A DNA stretch of 64,000 bases, taken from the human T2T-CHM13v2.0 reference genome, Homo sapiens. The translations under genes were made by a program, and so were the position numbers. The stretch lies in NCBI RefSeq assembly GCF_009914755.1, contig NC_060925.1; one strand, 5' to 3'. Positions 37,544 through 51,250 of this stretch are shown one piece after another. Each line of letters begins with the position of its first letter. Within the stretch, counting starts at the first letter, position 1. The notes beneath the pieces were generated by a model, which saw nothing but the letters and a program-made list of their open reading frames with translations, made no database searches and was not told where the DNA came from.

Positions 37544-40114
37544 GTACAAGTGCAGCAGACGCGGTTCTCAACAAAGTGCCTGGTCTCAAGTGACCCTCGA
37601 GGTGCACCGGAGAGCAGGCAGCATCCACAGGATGGGAGTGGAGGAGCCGAGGTCCAGGCAGGCCTGCAGAGGGGAGGTGACGAAGCTGGGACTCACATCT
37701 AGGCTGTGTGCCTCCCAAGCCTGCAAGCCTTGTTTGGGTGCCATATTGACTGGCAGTGGAGGTGACATCCTCACCACAGAAGAGGCGTGGAAGAGCCATA
37801 GGGCCTTGGGAATGGCAGTCTGCCTGGTGGTGGGGCATTTGTCTGGGCACTGGAAAATAGGTGGCCCTTTGCATGCATGGTTAGCAGGGACCTGAGAGGG
37901 CTGGCAGGAGTGCCAGGCATATTTTATCAGCTCTTTTGAGCTGCCTGTGAAGTGCGATTGACAACTGTGCCACCTCAAAGGGTAGGAGGGTCAGATAAGT
38001 GAGACAGGCAAGAGCTTCAGTACAATTCCTGGCATGTGATGTGAGCTCAGGAACACACAACAGTTCCTACTGTCACTATTATTGTCAGAATTTGGCTATT
38101 TGGAGATTGGTGCAGATAATTAAGCACATATAAAATGCTCAGCACAGAAATAAAAGCTCTTTGTTTCTGACAGCTCAGAACTGCCTGGTGTGGACTGGGC
38201 TGATGTGGGTTCTTTGCAAAACTGGCTGGCCTCAGAGCAGGGACACTAGTGAGAAGTGTCTGGTTCAGGTGTGGACAGCCCAGAGAGGCTTCTCAGTCCC
38301 TTCCACCAACATGGGGGATTCCAAGCCCCTTCTGTGTCTGCCCTTCTGAAGTCTCTGCCCTCTTTTTAGAAGCAACACTGTCCTCTGACTTGAACCTGGT
38401 GTTTTTTTCTTCTTGGCCCCAGTGAGCTATGCCAGGTGGCCACAAATGCAGAGCCTTGGGTGTCCCTCTCATTCCTAAGGAGAGGCCTTTTCCCTGTAGT
38501 CTCTGCATGTGCTGGGCACCCTGCCAGAACCAACATCTCTTTCATCTTCCCCTTCCAGCTCCCTCAGTGACCAAAATGGACTTTTCTGCAGAATGTGGAG
38601 ACTCAAGGCTTGCCCAGTGCTGGAGCAGAGGAGAGGCTTCCCTGGATACCTCTGCAGGTGTCATGAGGGCTGCTGTCCTGTCCTCACAGCCGAGATGAAA
38701 GACCTCCAGTGATGCCAGCACACGCCCAGGGGATTGAGGAGGTGACATGGGTGAAGAACACTCATTGGGGTAAAAGAGAAAAACATGTACAAATTGCCCT
38801 TAATGGAAGCCAAACGCTCACTTGGTGCTTGGAACCACATGTAAAAGTGACCCATCAAAATTCAGGTGTCGAGGAAGTGGCTGCAGAGATGCAGGCTGGT
38901 GTTTTTCCTGCAGGGATGGCCACGATTTGGATATTTCAAAGAAAAGAGAGGGGGAGTCCATTGAGCCCAGAGCCCTCTCTGCTGTCACTGAAGCTGTCAT
39001 CTCCTGGTCCCCAGGCTGGCGGCTGCCCTATTTCTTTCCCCCGCCACCAGTGTGACTAAGCATGTTCAAGCTGAACTCCTCCCTAGACAGCGGCATGTGT
39101 GGCCATCTCAACGTCTCAATTGCCTGTAAAGAGAGATGTGTCTCTCCCGCTTCAAACCACAGTGGCGTCTTTGGGGTGTGAATGATGGATCAAAGTCGCA
39201 TTTCTTCTGCACCCCTCTCCCTTTCAACGGAGGCAGCGTGCTTACATGGCGAGCGTTGTTTTTTAGCCCCTCAGGTGTGCTTGGAGGAGGCACTGGCTGG
39301 GCTTCCCTGCAGGAACATCAAGTCTTTTGGTGACTCTCCTGAGCTTGACAAATAGCCCTGTCTGCCCCGATGACAGGGGCCCGGGTGCTGGGGAAAGAGC
39401 AGCAGGAGTGACTGACAACAGATAGGTTTTCCTTTTCTGAGTCAGAGTCTGCTTGTGGGGAGTGGATGCCAGAGAACATGGAAGCCAATTAAAGGCCATT
39501 GAAAAATTGGGTTGCAAGAAAGCCCCCTAAAGACAGGACCTGTTACAGCTGGCAGGTATTCTGGGATGTGGGGATGGAAAGAACACTTTTCTGCAGTAGC
39601 CCATGTTGGGGCTGCGTGGCCGTGGCCATGGAGGGCAGATGCAGCCTCTCCACGAGGCCACCCACACTCCAGTGACGGTCACACCAGAAGGTGGGCTCAG
39701 CTGGAAGGGACTGGAGAGAATGTGTTGGGCAGTTTATTCCTCACTTTTTGGAAAAGGAACTAGGGATGTCACGGTTGCTCTGGGTGTCCAGGATGGGGTG
39801 CATGGAGTGGGAGCCGGGCGGGAGCAGTGGCTTCTTTCGAGCGTTATGGTGTCACCAGCCCTGCCCTCTCCCTTCCCATAGGACCCCTGTCTCGGCTCCC
39901 TCTCCTCTGACAGGTTCCTAGCTCGGCCCTCCAAGACCATCCTAGGTGACCAGAGATGGCTTCTTGTTCCTGTAGACCTTCAAAACCAGCCCTGGCGGGC
40001 AGGGCAAAGGGCAGGGTACAGTCACAGCCTGGGTGGAGTTCAAGTAGAGAGTTTTCCTGGAACCAGAGAGACTCCTGGGGGAGACTCCCAGCAGAGCTGG
40101 TGGCCACTGCCAGG

Positions 40115-40650
40115 CTATGCTCTCGGACATGGCCCCTGGCCACCTGTGGCAATGTAAATTTAAATTCTCATAAAAAAGGATGAGTTCATGTCCTTTGTAG
40201 GGACATGGATGAAGCTGGAAACCATCATTCTCAGCAAACTATCGCAAGGACAAAAAACCAAACACCGCATGTTCTCACTCATAGGTGGGAATTGAACAAT
40301 GAGAACACATGGGCACAGGAAGGGGAACATCACACACTGGGGCCTGTTGTGGGGTGGGTGGGGGCAGGGAGAGCATTAGGAGATATACCTAATGTTAAAT
40401 GACGAGTTAACGGGTGCAGCACACCAACATGGCACATGTATGCATGTGTAACTAACCTGCACGCTGGGCACATGTACCCTAAAACTTAAAGTATAATTAA
40501 AAAAAAAAGAAAAAAAAAGAAAAAAAATTCTCATGAATGCAGTTACATAAAAAATTAAATTCCTCAGACACAGGAGTCACATTTCAAATACTCAGTAGCC
40601 ACGTTGTGAGCACTCATCCACTCAGAAAATTCCATTAGACACTGCTGCTG
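40115..40650 (-). mobile_element. MER3-like DNA transposon split by an L1PA
   Basis: GCCACCTGTGGCAATGTAAATTTAAAT on the left; TTCCTCAG..CACATTTCAAATACTCAGTAGCCAC on the right. Confidence 0.65.
40172..40524 (+). mobile_element. 5'-truncated L1PA (about L1PA3-5) 3' end
   Basis: GGATGAGTTCATGTCCTTTGTAGGGACATGGATGAAGCTGGAAACC... followed by poly(A). TSD AAATTCTCAT at 40162-40171 and 40525-40534. Confidence 0.95.
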
Positions 40651-42151
40651 TCTCTAATCTTACTCCTTTCCTGCTTACAACTTCCTGGTCAGCACCTGGC
40701 CAGGGCTACCGTCCTTTCTCAACCAAGCTGAGACCCAGAGGTTTCTCAAGGACTGGTGATGACACTGTCTGCCTGTCACTGAGTGTCCCCGGGGGGCTGC
40801 GTGACAGAGCAGACTGCATGAGGGACAGACAGCAAGAGTGGCTCTTTGGGTGTCTGGGGGTGGGGCCATGACCTCTCAATGGATTTGGGGTAGGAGGGGT
40901 CCAAGGAGCCAGGGTCCTACGTCCCACTGGGACCCACCCAGAGGAAGGAGATATTGGAGGTGTCTTGTTGGTTCAGGATGCTTGCTGGCTGGGGCTCAGG
41001 GTGAGGCATGGAGCCAGTCCACCGTCTCGCTGGGACAGGTGGCCCGTCCCAACAAGAACAACAAACGTGTGGTCTGTGTTCCCTCAACCGTGTCCCTGCT
41101 GCACCTGGGCCAGCCACTGGCTCCCTTTTGAAACTCCTTCCTCCCCAGGGGCCTCCAGTGTCCCAGCAGTCCCTCTAGGAACCCTCCTCCAGTTCAGCTG
41201 TAGGACAGGGTGGGAAGCTGCCTGTTCTGGGGGGCTCAACTAGTGGTCCGCCTGAGAGTGAGTGGGACAGTCCAGCACACTGCTTATTGTCAAATGCCAT
41301 CAACAGGGCAACAGAGGAACTCTACTACAGCCATTCAATCCAAGGACACTTGCTGGGGACGGTGTGCACCCCAGGCATGGGCGTGGTGTGCTAGAGCTCC
41401 CAGTCTGGAGGGGGAGCGAAGCTCACACAGCCCTGTGGAAGCTGTAACACCCAATATTCACCTGACCCATTGTTCTGTAGGCCAGCACATCTCCTCCAAG
41501 CACCTGGTGCTGCGCGGGGGCTGTGTTTCTGCACCTTGGCCGCGCAGAACATAGCCTTTTCTGTGTTGAGAATCCCTGACCTGTGCTTCACCTCTGGAGC
41601 TACTGAGGCTTTTCCTGTTTGCATCTCAAGGCCTTGGGCAGGCACAGGTGGCACCTTTGGGAGGTGACAGCAATGGTGGCCAGGAGCGGGGCAGGGAGCA
41701 GGGGTGGTATTAGTGGGAGAACGGGCTGGGCTTGGGCTCACATCCTTACTCCACTTCATCTCTGAGTCTGTTGCCTCACCTTTAAAATGGGCAATCATAG
41801 TGATATTGCTGGCTGCTGTGGGATTCACACAAAGAAACAGAAAGCAGCCCAGCACCTGGAAGGAATGTGGAGGCTGACAGCTTGGTATCCGCATGTCTGC
41901 CTTGGGTTTTGGTTCTGCCACTGTGCACAGCTCGGGGGATCTCAGGGGAGTCACCGAGTCTCTCTGGGTCCAGGAAAACCCCTTGCTCCAAGGGCTTATG
42001 ATACACTACCTGGGGGTAATGCACACAGGCATGTTGCATCGTGCCAGGAAAAGTTGAGATGCTTAAGAAGGGGTAGATAGCTTCTGTGCTAGAATGATTC
42101 CTTCCTGTGTTCTGTTGTTATTTGCATACCGTTCTTCAGTTTGTTTCTAAG

Positions 42152-42440
42152 TTATTTTTTATTTTTTTGAGACAGAGTCTCTCTGTTGCCCAGGCTGGAG
42201 TGCAGTAGCACGATCTGAGCTCGCTGCAACCTCCGCCTCCTTGGCTCAAGCGATTCTCCTGCCTCAGCCTCCTAAGTAGCTGGGATTGCAGGTGCCTGCC
42301 ACTACACCTGACTCACTTTTTCTATTTTTAGTAGGGATAGGGTTTCACTGTATTGGCCAGGTTGGTCTCAAACTCCTGGCCTCAAGTGATCTGCCCACCT
42401 CGGCCTCCCGAAGTGCTGGGATTACAGGCCATACCCAGCC
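42152..42440 (-). mobile_element. AluS
   Basis: Full Alu with a small deletion near the 5' end. TAAGTTATTTT repeated on both sides. Confidence 0.9.
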
Positions 42441-42444
42441 TGTC

Positions 42445-44265
42445 TGTAAGTTATTTTAAACAGTGCTTTATGGGGGCATAGTCTCAATACTGTAAAATGC
42501 ACAGTTTCAAATGAAACGTTAGTTGAATTTTGACAACGGAAACTTACCCAGATTGAGTGAACATTTTTATCATGCCAGAAAGACCCTGCCCTTGGCAGCC
42601 GTCTCCCCTCCCGACCTCCTCTGCAGGCAGCCATTGATCTGGCTTTCATCACCTTAGATTTGTCCCGCTTGTTCTTGAACTTCATAGAAATGGAATTGCA
42701 CCGTCTGTAGTCTGTCTTGTCTGGCTTCCTTCATTCCACTCATGTTTTCAAGACTCATCCAAGTAGCTGCATGCATCAGCCATTTGTTCTTTCTTTTTCT
42801 CCTGCTTTCCTCCCCTTCTTTCTGAGTAGAATTTCATTGAACGGATATACTACAGTTTGTTGATCAATTCTGTTGTTGATGGGCGTTGGGGTTGTTCCTA
42901 GTTTTTGGCTACTACAAATAAAGTTGCTATGAACGTACATTCTTGGACAAGTATTTGGTGGGCCTATTTATCATTGTTATAGACCTAGAAGAATTGCTGG
43001 ATCTTAGGGTAAATGTATGTTCAGCCATATAAGAAACTGTCAAAAAGCTTTCCAAAGTGGTGTAACCATCCCCACACATGCACCAGTAACGGGTAAGTAT
43101 TCCAGCCTACCCACACCGTCGCCAGCTCTGTGGTTTTCGGGATTTGTAATTTTTGCCATTGTGGTGGTGTGTAGTGGTGTGTAGTGGTTCTTTACTGTGG
43201 TTTTAATTTGCATTTCTCTAACGGTCAGGGATGTTGAGCAACTTTTCCTGTGGTTGTTATGCATTCTGTTATTTTGTGTACTTGAAATAAGGTAGACTCA
43301 ATCTTCCGACTTTATTCTTTTTTTCAATCATATCTTGACCACTTATTCTTGTTAAGTCTCTTACAGATTTAGAGGGAAGTTATCTCTTTATTATTGATTT
43401 GTGATAGACTTTTACATATATATCCAGGGTGTAGGCTTTTTGTCTGACATATATATTACAAATAACGGCTTTCACTCCATGGCTGATTTTGGTGCTGTCC
43501 TTTGATGAACAAAAGGCCTAAATTTATAAGAAATTGGTTTTTTTCCTTTAATGGGTAGAGCATTTGTGTCTTAAGGGATTAATTTGTGCCCCAAGACCTT
43601 AAAGATCCTCTTCTATGTTTTCTACTAGAGATTTATAGTCTTAACTTTCACATTTAAGCTTATGACCTATATTGAATTAATTTTTGTATATGGTATAAGG
43701 TAGGAGTGAATGATTATTTTTTCTCATGTAGATGTGCAGTTACTTACATATAACTTATCGAAAAGACGTTCCTTTGCCCATGGAATTGTTTTGGTGCCTT
43801 TTAAAAAACTAGTTCACACACACACACACACACACACATACATGCACAAATGCACACACACTTTTGGAGTCACTGCTCTGTTCCGTTGATCTATTTGTTT
43901 AATTCTTTTACTCATACTACACTATCTTAATTACTATAACTTTATAGTAAATCTTGAATTATGGTAGATTAAATCCTCTGACTTTATTTTATTTTTTTCA
44001 ATAAGACCCTATTTATTCTTAGCCTTTTAAAATTTTCATTTAAATTAACTTGTCAATTCCTAACAAAAATTCTGCTGGAATTTTGATGAAAATCACAGTG
44101 AATCTGTAAGTCAACTTGTGGAGAATTGACTGCTTAGTAGTATAAACTCCTCCCATCCATGGTCTCTCTCCATATATTTAGGCCTTTAAAAATTTCTCTT
44201 AACACCATTTTGTGGTTTTAAACATACCAGTTTTATACACTTTTAAACTTATCATAACCGTGTTT
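42445..44265 (-). mobile_element. Ancient L1M (L1MC/ME-like) 3' region, with (CA)n at about 43816-43861
   Basis: TTGAACTTCATAGAAATGGAAT, AAGTTGCTATGAAC, GTTTTAATTTGCATTTCTCTAA, CTGCTGGAATTTTGAT. Confidence 0.85.
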
Positions 44266-44274
44266 ATGGTTACA

Positions 44275-46504
44275 CTTTTCCACAGGCTGTACAGGTGGCA
44301 TGGCTGGGGAAAACTCAGGAAACTTACAATCATGGAGGAAGGTGAAGGGGAAGAAAGTACATCTTCATGTGGCCACAGGAGAGATAGAGGGAAAGTGCTA
44401 CACATTTTACAACAATCAGATCTTCTGAGAACTCACTATCACAAGAACAGCAAGGGGGAAGTCCACCCCCATGATTCAGTCACCTCCCACCAACACTGGA
44501 ATTACAATTCACCATGAGATTTGAGTGGGGACACAGAGCCAAACCATATCATTCTGCTCCTGGCTCTTCCTAATGTCATGTCCTTCTCACATTTTAAAAT
44601 GCAATCATCCCTTCCCAACAGTCCCCCACAGTCTTAGCGCATTTCCACATTAACTCAAAATTCCAAGTCCAGTGTCTTATCTCAGACAAGGCAAATCCCT
44701 TCCTCTTATGAGTCTGTACAATAAAAAACAAGTTAGTTACTTCTGAGATACAATGGGGGTACAGGCATTGGGAAAATGCTCCCATTGCAAAAGGGAAAAA
44801 TTAGCCAAAATAAAGGGGCTACAGGCCCTATGCAAGCCTGAAATCCAGCAGGGCAGTCATTAAATCTTAAACCTCCAAAATAATATCCTTTTACTCCATG
44901 TCTCACATCCAGGGCACACTGATGGAAGAGGTGGGCTCCCATGGCCTTGGGCAGCTCCTTAATGGGCTGACATTGAGTGCCTGCAGATTTTCCAGATGCA
45001 TAGTGCAAGCTGTCAGTGGATCTACTATTCTGGGGTGTGGAGGACAGTGGCCCTCTTCCTACAGATCCACTAGGCAGTGCCCCAGTGGGGACTCTGAGTG
45101 GGAGCTCCAATCCTACATTTCACCTCTGCACTGCCCTAGCAGAGGTTCTCCATGAGGGCTCTGCCCCTGCAGCAGACTTCTGCCTGGATATCTGCTCATT
45201 TCCATAATCCTCTGAAGTCTAGCTGGAGGCTCTCAAACTTCAACTCTTGCCCTCTGTGCACCTGCAGGCACAACACCACATGGAAGCTGCCAAGGCTTGG
45301 GGCTTGCACCCTCTGAAACAATGGCCCCAGCTGTACCTTAGTCCCTTTTAGCCACAGCTGAAGCTGGAGTGGTTGGGATGCAGGGCACCATGTCCTGAGG
45401 CTGCACAGAGCAGTGGGGCCCTGGGCCTGATCCACAAAACCATTTTTCCCATCTAGGCCTCCAGGCCTGTGATGGGAGGGGCTGCTGTGAAGGTTTCTGA
45501 AATGCCCTGGAGGCATTTTCCCCATTGTCTTGGCTATTAACATTTGGCTCCTCTTTACTTATGCAAATTTCTGCAGTCTTGAATTCCTACCCATAAAATG
45601 GATTTTTGTTTTCTACCACATGGTCAGGCTGCAAGTTCCCTAAACTTTTATGCCCTGCTTCACTTTTAAATATAAATTCCAGTGTCAGATCATCTCTTTG
45701 CTCATGAATATGAGCATACACTGTTAGAAGCAGCCAGGCCATGTCTTGAATGCTTTGCTGCTTAGAAATTTCTTTTGCCAGACACCCTAAATAATCTCTC
45801 TCAAGTTCAAAGTTCTACAGATCCCTAGAGCAGGGGCACAATGCCATCAGTCTCTTTGTTAGAGCATAGCAAGAGTGACCTTTACTCCAGTTCCCAATAA
45901 GTTCCTCATCTCCATCTGAGACTACCTCGTCCTGGACTTCACTGTCCGTATCACTATTAGCAGTTTGGTCACAACCATTCAACAAGTCTCTAGGAAGTTC
46001 CAAACTTTCCTTCATCTTCTTGTCTTCTTCTGAGCCCTACAATCTGTTCCAACCTCTGCCTGTTACCCAGTTCCAAGGTAACTTCCACATTTTCAGGTAT
46101 CTATATAGTAATCCCTGACTCCTGGTATCAATTTTCTGTATTAGTCCGTTCTTTCACTGCTATATGGAACTACCTGAGACCGGGTAATTTATAAAGAGAA
46201 GAGATTTAATTGACTCACAGTTCCACAAGCTATACAGGCGGAATGGCCTCAGGAAACTTACAATCATGGCAGAAAGTGAAGGGGAAGCAAGCACATCTTC
46301 ACGTGGCCAGAAAGAGAAAGAGAGAAAAGGGGGAAGTGCTGCATACTTTTACAACAACCAGATCTTGTGGAAAGTCACTATCATGAGGACAGCAAGGGGG
46401 AAGTCCACCCCCACGATTCAGTCACCTCCCATCAGGCCCTTCCTCTAACACTATAATTGTAATTCAACATGAAATTTGGATGGGGACACAGCCAAACCAT
46501 ATCA
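44275..46504 (-). mobile_element. MST (MSTA-like) MaLR provirus: 5' LTR 46504-46137, internal region 46136-44552, truncated 3' LTR 44551 to about 44275
   Basis: Two homologous LTRs ending AAACCATATCA, a ~1.6 kb MaLR internal region, and a purine tract (minus strand GGAAGAGCCAGGAGCAGAA) just before the 3' LTR. Confidence 0.92.
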
Positions 46505-46544
46505 CAGTTTAATCTTTTTCATCAAGAATCCTCATGGCTTGGAC

Positions 46545-47007
46545 TTTGAGGTCATTGTTTGGCAAATATTTGCTCCTCTTCCCCTGTACTGTGAGTAGAG
46601 GGTACTTCCTTGCCCATGTAAAGTTGGGGTTGGCCACAAGACTTCCTTTTGCTAAAAGAAATGTGGTAGACCCAAGGCAAGCCAAGGCCATAAATGAGCT
46701 CGTGCTGTTTGGCTTCTTGCAATCTAGGGATCCTCATGGGAAGGGCTTCCCATGAAGCGTGGGCTTAGAAATGAACACATATGATTGAACTTGCATCCAA
46801 TGTACAGTCTGCAGTTAATTCACCTGCATGAAGCAGAACATCAGAGCCACACATCTGGCTCTGCCTAGGTCAACCAAACCAACCAAACCTAGGTCAACCT
46901 GCGAAGCCATGAGCATCAGGGTATGTGCTAATTGCTGTAAGGCTCTGAGTTTTGGGATGGTTTGTCATGCAACATTTCTGTGGACATTGCTATTGCTGAC
47001 AAATACA
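46545..47007 (+). mobile_element. MLT1H-type LTR
   Basis: GTAAGGCTCTGAGTTTTGGGATGGTTTGTCATGCAACAT...GCTGACAAATACA end. Confidence 0.65.
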
Positions 47008-47319
47008 GCCACCATAGGATTAATACTTCTATTAGGCATTCAAAGCGATATGTCCTGGGGGAGTGAGGGAGCTGTATGAATCTGGAGGAACTTATAATCA
47101 TGGGAGACATCAGCACATAAATTTGTGGGCCTGGATGAGACCACCAAGGCAGAGTGTGCATAGAGAGAAGACAGCTGGATTCAGAGCCCTGTCATGAGGG
47201 CTAGATGAAGAAGGTCTAGAAGAGCAAGCAGGTGAGTGATGGGAAAAATAGGTATGTGAATCTTTGCAGTCTCGAAGAAATTATTTCATAAAAGAAAAGG
47301 TGATCAACTGCATGAAAAT

Positions 47320-47700
47320 TAAAGAAGCCCACCCCATGAGAACAAGCAGAGGCTTTCCATTCAGAGCTTGCTGTAGCAAAGGAGTTGACCACCATCACCT
47401 GCTTTTGGCAAAGACTCAAAGACAGGCAGAGGGATGGGAGAACTTTACAGTGGAAAACAGAGACAGCTTCAGGTGCATCCTGATTGGAGGCCATTGGCCT
47501 GGAGGAGCAGAAGGTGGGCTGAATAGATAGGGGCAGATGTCTTCTGTGATGGGTTTGGGGAACATAAGGGGCTTTCTCTACTTGGCCCTAAGTTGGAAAA
47601 GAGGCAAAAATTAGGGAAGCTGCAGTCATTGGCCAAGTCCTGACTGTTCTGCGCCAATGGCTGCAGAGCTGATGGGTTGGAGTGCCCTGGCTGTTTGTCT
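47320..47700 (-). mobile_element. ERV LTR fragment (MER92-like, subfamily uncertain)
   Basis: ATTCAGAGCTTGCTGTAGCAA, AAAGACTCAAAG.CAGGCAGAG, CCTGATTGGAGG and CCTAAGTTGGAA..AAAAATTAGGGAAGCTG. Confidence 0.55.
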
Positions 47701-48074
47701 GTTCAGTCCCTCAACTGTATCAAAAGCTGTCCAAAGTTTGAGCAAAATGAGAAAAGAGCATTGGCAATGCCTGATCATTGGTGAGCCAGTGGGCAGTGGG
47801 AGGAAGGGAGCCTGGATGTGAGATAGAGAACACAGAAAATGGAGGGATGGCTGCAAAGGGGAGCAGTGTGAGTGGGTGGTGGCTGGAGGGGAACATGCAG
47901 TCAAGGGGTTCTGTACTTCTGTAGCCATTACTTTGGAATGGGCTATTCCAGCATATGTTTAGGCAGATGGGAATCATCCCCCAGGGAGGAAGAAATGGAA
48001 ACGGCAAGAAGGAGAAGGAAAAGTGAGGATAAGAGAGGTGGGATTCAGAGTGTTGGGGGAACCTGGAGTGGGTT

Positions 48075-48505
48075 GAATAGGGCACCCTTGGAATCCATGG
48101 CCTCCCAGAACCTTAGAATGTGAGCTTATTTAGAAATAGTGTCTTTATAGATATTATTAGTTAAGGACCTTAAGATGAAATCATGCAGGATTATAGGATA
48201 GATAGAACCTTATAATGACTAATGTCATTATAAGAAGAGAAGACACAGAGAAGAAGGTGAGGTGCTGATGGGGTCGAAACTGGAGTGATGGTGTCTGTAA
48301 GCCAAGAAACAGCTAGGATGCAGGGATGGAGGGCTGCCACCAGGAGCCTGGGAGAGGCATAGCACAGAGTCTCCCTGCAGCCACCAGGAGGAACCAGCCC
48401 TCCCACACCTTGGTCTTGGACTTCTGGGTCTCTAGAATTGTGAGAGAATAAATGTATGCTGTTTAAAGCCACCCGGTTTGTGACAGTTTGTTATGGCAGC
48501 CCGAT
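48075..48505 (+). mobile_element. MLT1C-type LTR
   Basis: GAACCTTAGAATGTGA, GGACTTCTGGGTCTCTAGAATTGTGAGAGAATAAAT, TTGTTATGGCAGCCC. Confidence 0.85.
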
Positions 48506-48639
48506 TCTGTCTCCCTCCCTGAATCCACCGGTGGCCCGGGTAGGAGTTAGAGGGGGAGGTGCCTTATCGCCATTGCTCACCGCTTCTCCTCATCTGTTGG
48601 GAAAGTGGGAGAGGAACTGGGTTTTCCAACATTTCATTT

Positions 48640-49309
48640 AAATCTGACACCAACTGGAGTTAGTATAGACTCAGAGTAGAGGACACAGTCCCACAAGACT
48701 GTCCCCCACTGCAGATACCAAGCACAAGTCCCAGGTTGTGACCTGTATGTACTTCTGATCCACCTGCATAAATGACCCCCTCCTTGGGTGTGAGAATTTA
48801 CTATTAAGGCTCACAGAACTCAAGGAAACACTTACTTAGGTTTACCAGTTTACTGTTTAATAAAGGATAAGATAGATGAAGAGGGGCACAGGGCGAGGTC
48901 CAGAGGATCCCCATGCAGGAGCTTCTTTCCCTGCAGAGTTGGGGTGCACTCCCTCCCAGAGTGTGGACGTGTTCTTGTTCACCAGCCTGGAAGTTTCCCA
49001 AACTCTGCAGTTCAGGGATTTTCATCTCGTAAGCACGATTCATTATGAACTCCATCTCCAGCCTGTCTCTCCTCTCCACGCTGGTCTCTTGAGTGGCCAG
49101 CGCCCATCCAGGAACCCACAAAAAGTCACCTCATTACAACAGAAGACACTCCTGTCACCCAGGAAATTCCTAGGGATTTAGCAGCTCTGTGTCAGGAAAC
49201 AGGGTCAAAGACCAAATAATAGAACAAAAGATTCTCCCAGCACCCCTGCTGCTCAAGAAATTCCAAGGGTTTTAGGAGCTGTGTGCATGGAACAGGGGGC
49301 AGAGACCAA

Positions 49310-49348
<39 letters not shown>

Positions 49349-49779
49349 ACATATACATTACATATACATTACATATACACATACACATACATATACTAAT
49401 ACATATACACGTGTGTTTATGTATAAATATATATTTTATACACACACACGCGCACACACACACACACTTTTTGAGATGTGGTCTCGCTCTGTCACCAGGC
49501 TGGAATGCAGTAGTGCCATCTCGGCTCACCGCAGCCTCTGCCTCCCCGGTTCAAGTGATTCTTCTGCCTCAGCCTCCTGAGTAGCTGGGACTACAGGCAT
49601 GCACCACCACGCCCAGCTAATTTTTGTATTTTTAGTAGAGATGGGGTTTCACCATGTTGGCCAGGATGGCCTCCATCTCTTGACCTTGTGATCTGCCCGC
49701 CTCAACCTCCCAAAGTGCTGGGATTACAGGTGCGAGCCACCACACCTGGCCCAAATATACATATTTTTATGATGTCACA
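48640..49779 (-). mobile_element. MER21-family LTR interrupted by an Alu and microsatellite
   Basis: GTCCCACAAGACTG.CCCCACT, GGCTCACAGAACTCA.GGAAACACTTAC, GAAATTCCAAGGGTTTTAGGAGCT, and ATGTCACA end after the Alu. Confidence 0.85.
49320..49751 (-). mobile_element. AluSc-like with tail replaced by (TACATA)n/(CA)n
   Basis: Alu body 49468-49751 (GTCACCAGGCTGG, GGCCAGGATGG). TSD CAAATATACATAT at 49307-49319 and 49752-49764. Confidence 0.9.
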
Positions 49780-51139
49780 GCCACAAGGAGAATTTGCTGG
49801 GCAGGCCCTGCTCCTGGGGGAGGCCCGCCTGGCCTCGTGTGGGTTGAATCTGGGAGAGGATTAGGAAGCCCACACAGCCCCCATCTCGGCTTCACTGCCC
49901 CGTTGGCTCACTCTGCTTGGTGCCAGCTGTCACACTTGAGGTTTTGTTTCTTGGGCGATTCTAAATGTGGTGTCCCTTATTGGTCCCCAAAGCTATAGCA
50001 CGAGGAGGGTCTGACACTCAGGGTGGGGAGCCTGGTGGCTGCCACCTAGACCACTCTGCCAGTTGGGGGCTTCCCCGAGCTCCCCCAGGCAAGTCTGGAG
50101 CTTGGGGATGGAATGGTGAGGGTGGGCTCTGGATGGGACCTTCCCCCACTAGCTCACCTTCTGTTCCATCTTTTATCCTCTCCAACCAGTGTACCTCAGC
50201 TTACTTTAACCTGCTCCTGTATTTCATTCTCTGGGCTTTTGCTCCAGCTGTTTCTCCCAGCTGGAAACTTTGCACGCATTTCTTTTCATTAAAGCCCAGC
50301 TCGAACCCACATCATCCAGAATGCCCCTTCTGTGCCACTGCATCCCCCGCCCCTGATCACCAGGGTGCATACTGCACCCGCCGGCATTCACTCACCCTGG
50401 CCGTCTCTGATTTCACAGCTGTAGGCAAACATGGCAAAGATCCTCAAGGCCCTTCTTTTGTGTGGAAGTAATGAACTCTGTCAGGGAGCAAACTGTGGCC
50501 AGGGTTTTCTTAGGACCCCTGAGGAAACTTGTTCCCTCCTCAGTCCCTGCCTAGTATGCCATGGGTTTCTACAAATGCTGGCAAATGCCTGCGAATGCAA
50601 ATTTCCCTGACTTTTCATGGAATGCCACTTGTCAGCCTCGTGGAAATTTGGAAAGCATCTCATGCAGGCAAATCAACTGCCTGAATCTCAGTTAAAAACA
50701 ATTCTGCATGTTAGGGCTGGTCTTGTAATCAACACTGCCCAGACCTGCCTCTATGCAGTCCCCAGCAAGCCCACTTCCCACATCAGCTTCTTCCACATTG
50801 TTCTGCATCTGTTGAGGATAAAGGATGAAGGGCGTTCATTTCCTGGGGAATTTTCTGCAACTTCCAGAGCTTTGGTCTGCAAGTTTCAGCCACCAAATAA
50901 AACAATGATATTTGGGACAACTACCCCCCACCTCTCCCCTTCCACCAAGTCAAAAGAGGATCTTGCTGACAACTGTGTGGAAAGAAGCAAGTTTTGTCCC
51001 CTAGACAGGTAACGGGGCTGAGACTGCCTCCTGGCCATTGCCGCCTGTGGCTGAGTCCTTGTTCTTCAACCTCTCAGGAGTGAGTAGGGGATGCAACCCT
51101 GAGTTCATTCAGTCAACAAATATGTATTGACTATTTCAA

Positions 51140-51250
51140 GATGACTAATTATCCAGGTGGGCCCACAAGTAAGGCAGTTTCCTGGTACGGGAAACTTTGA
51201 GTGCCAAACCTGGGAAATTGCACCCAAACCAGGCTTAGTTGCTCACCCTA
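51140..51250 (+). mobile_element. MER94-like fragment
   Basis: ACTTTGAGTGCCAAACCTGGGAAA...AGTTGCTCACCCTAG terminus. Confidence 0.55.

Noticed and set aside
28300-41950. Many 100-210 aa ORFs in the GC-rich stretch
   Set aside because: They overlap on both strands, show no recognisable domains, and often use non-ATG starts, as expected by chance at this GC content.
44733-46015. ORFs of 66-125 aa in the MST internal region as a domesticated gene
   Set aside because: They are short broken pieces of the usual MaLR internal sequence.
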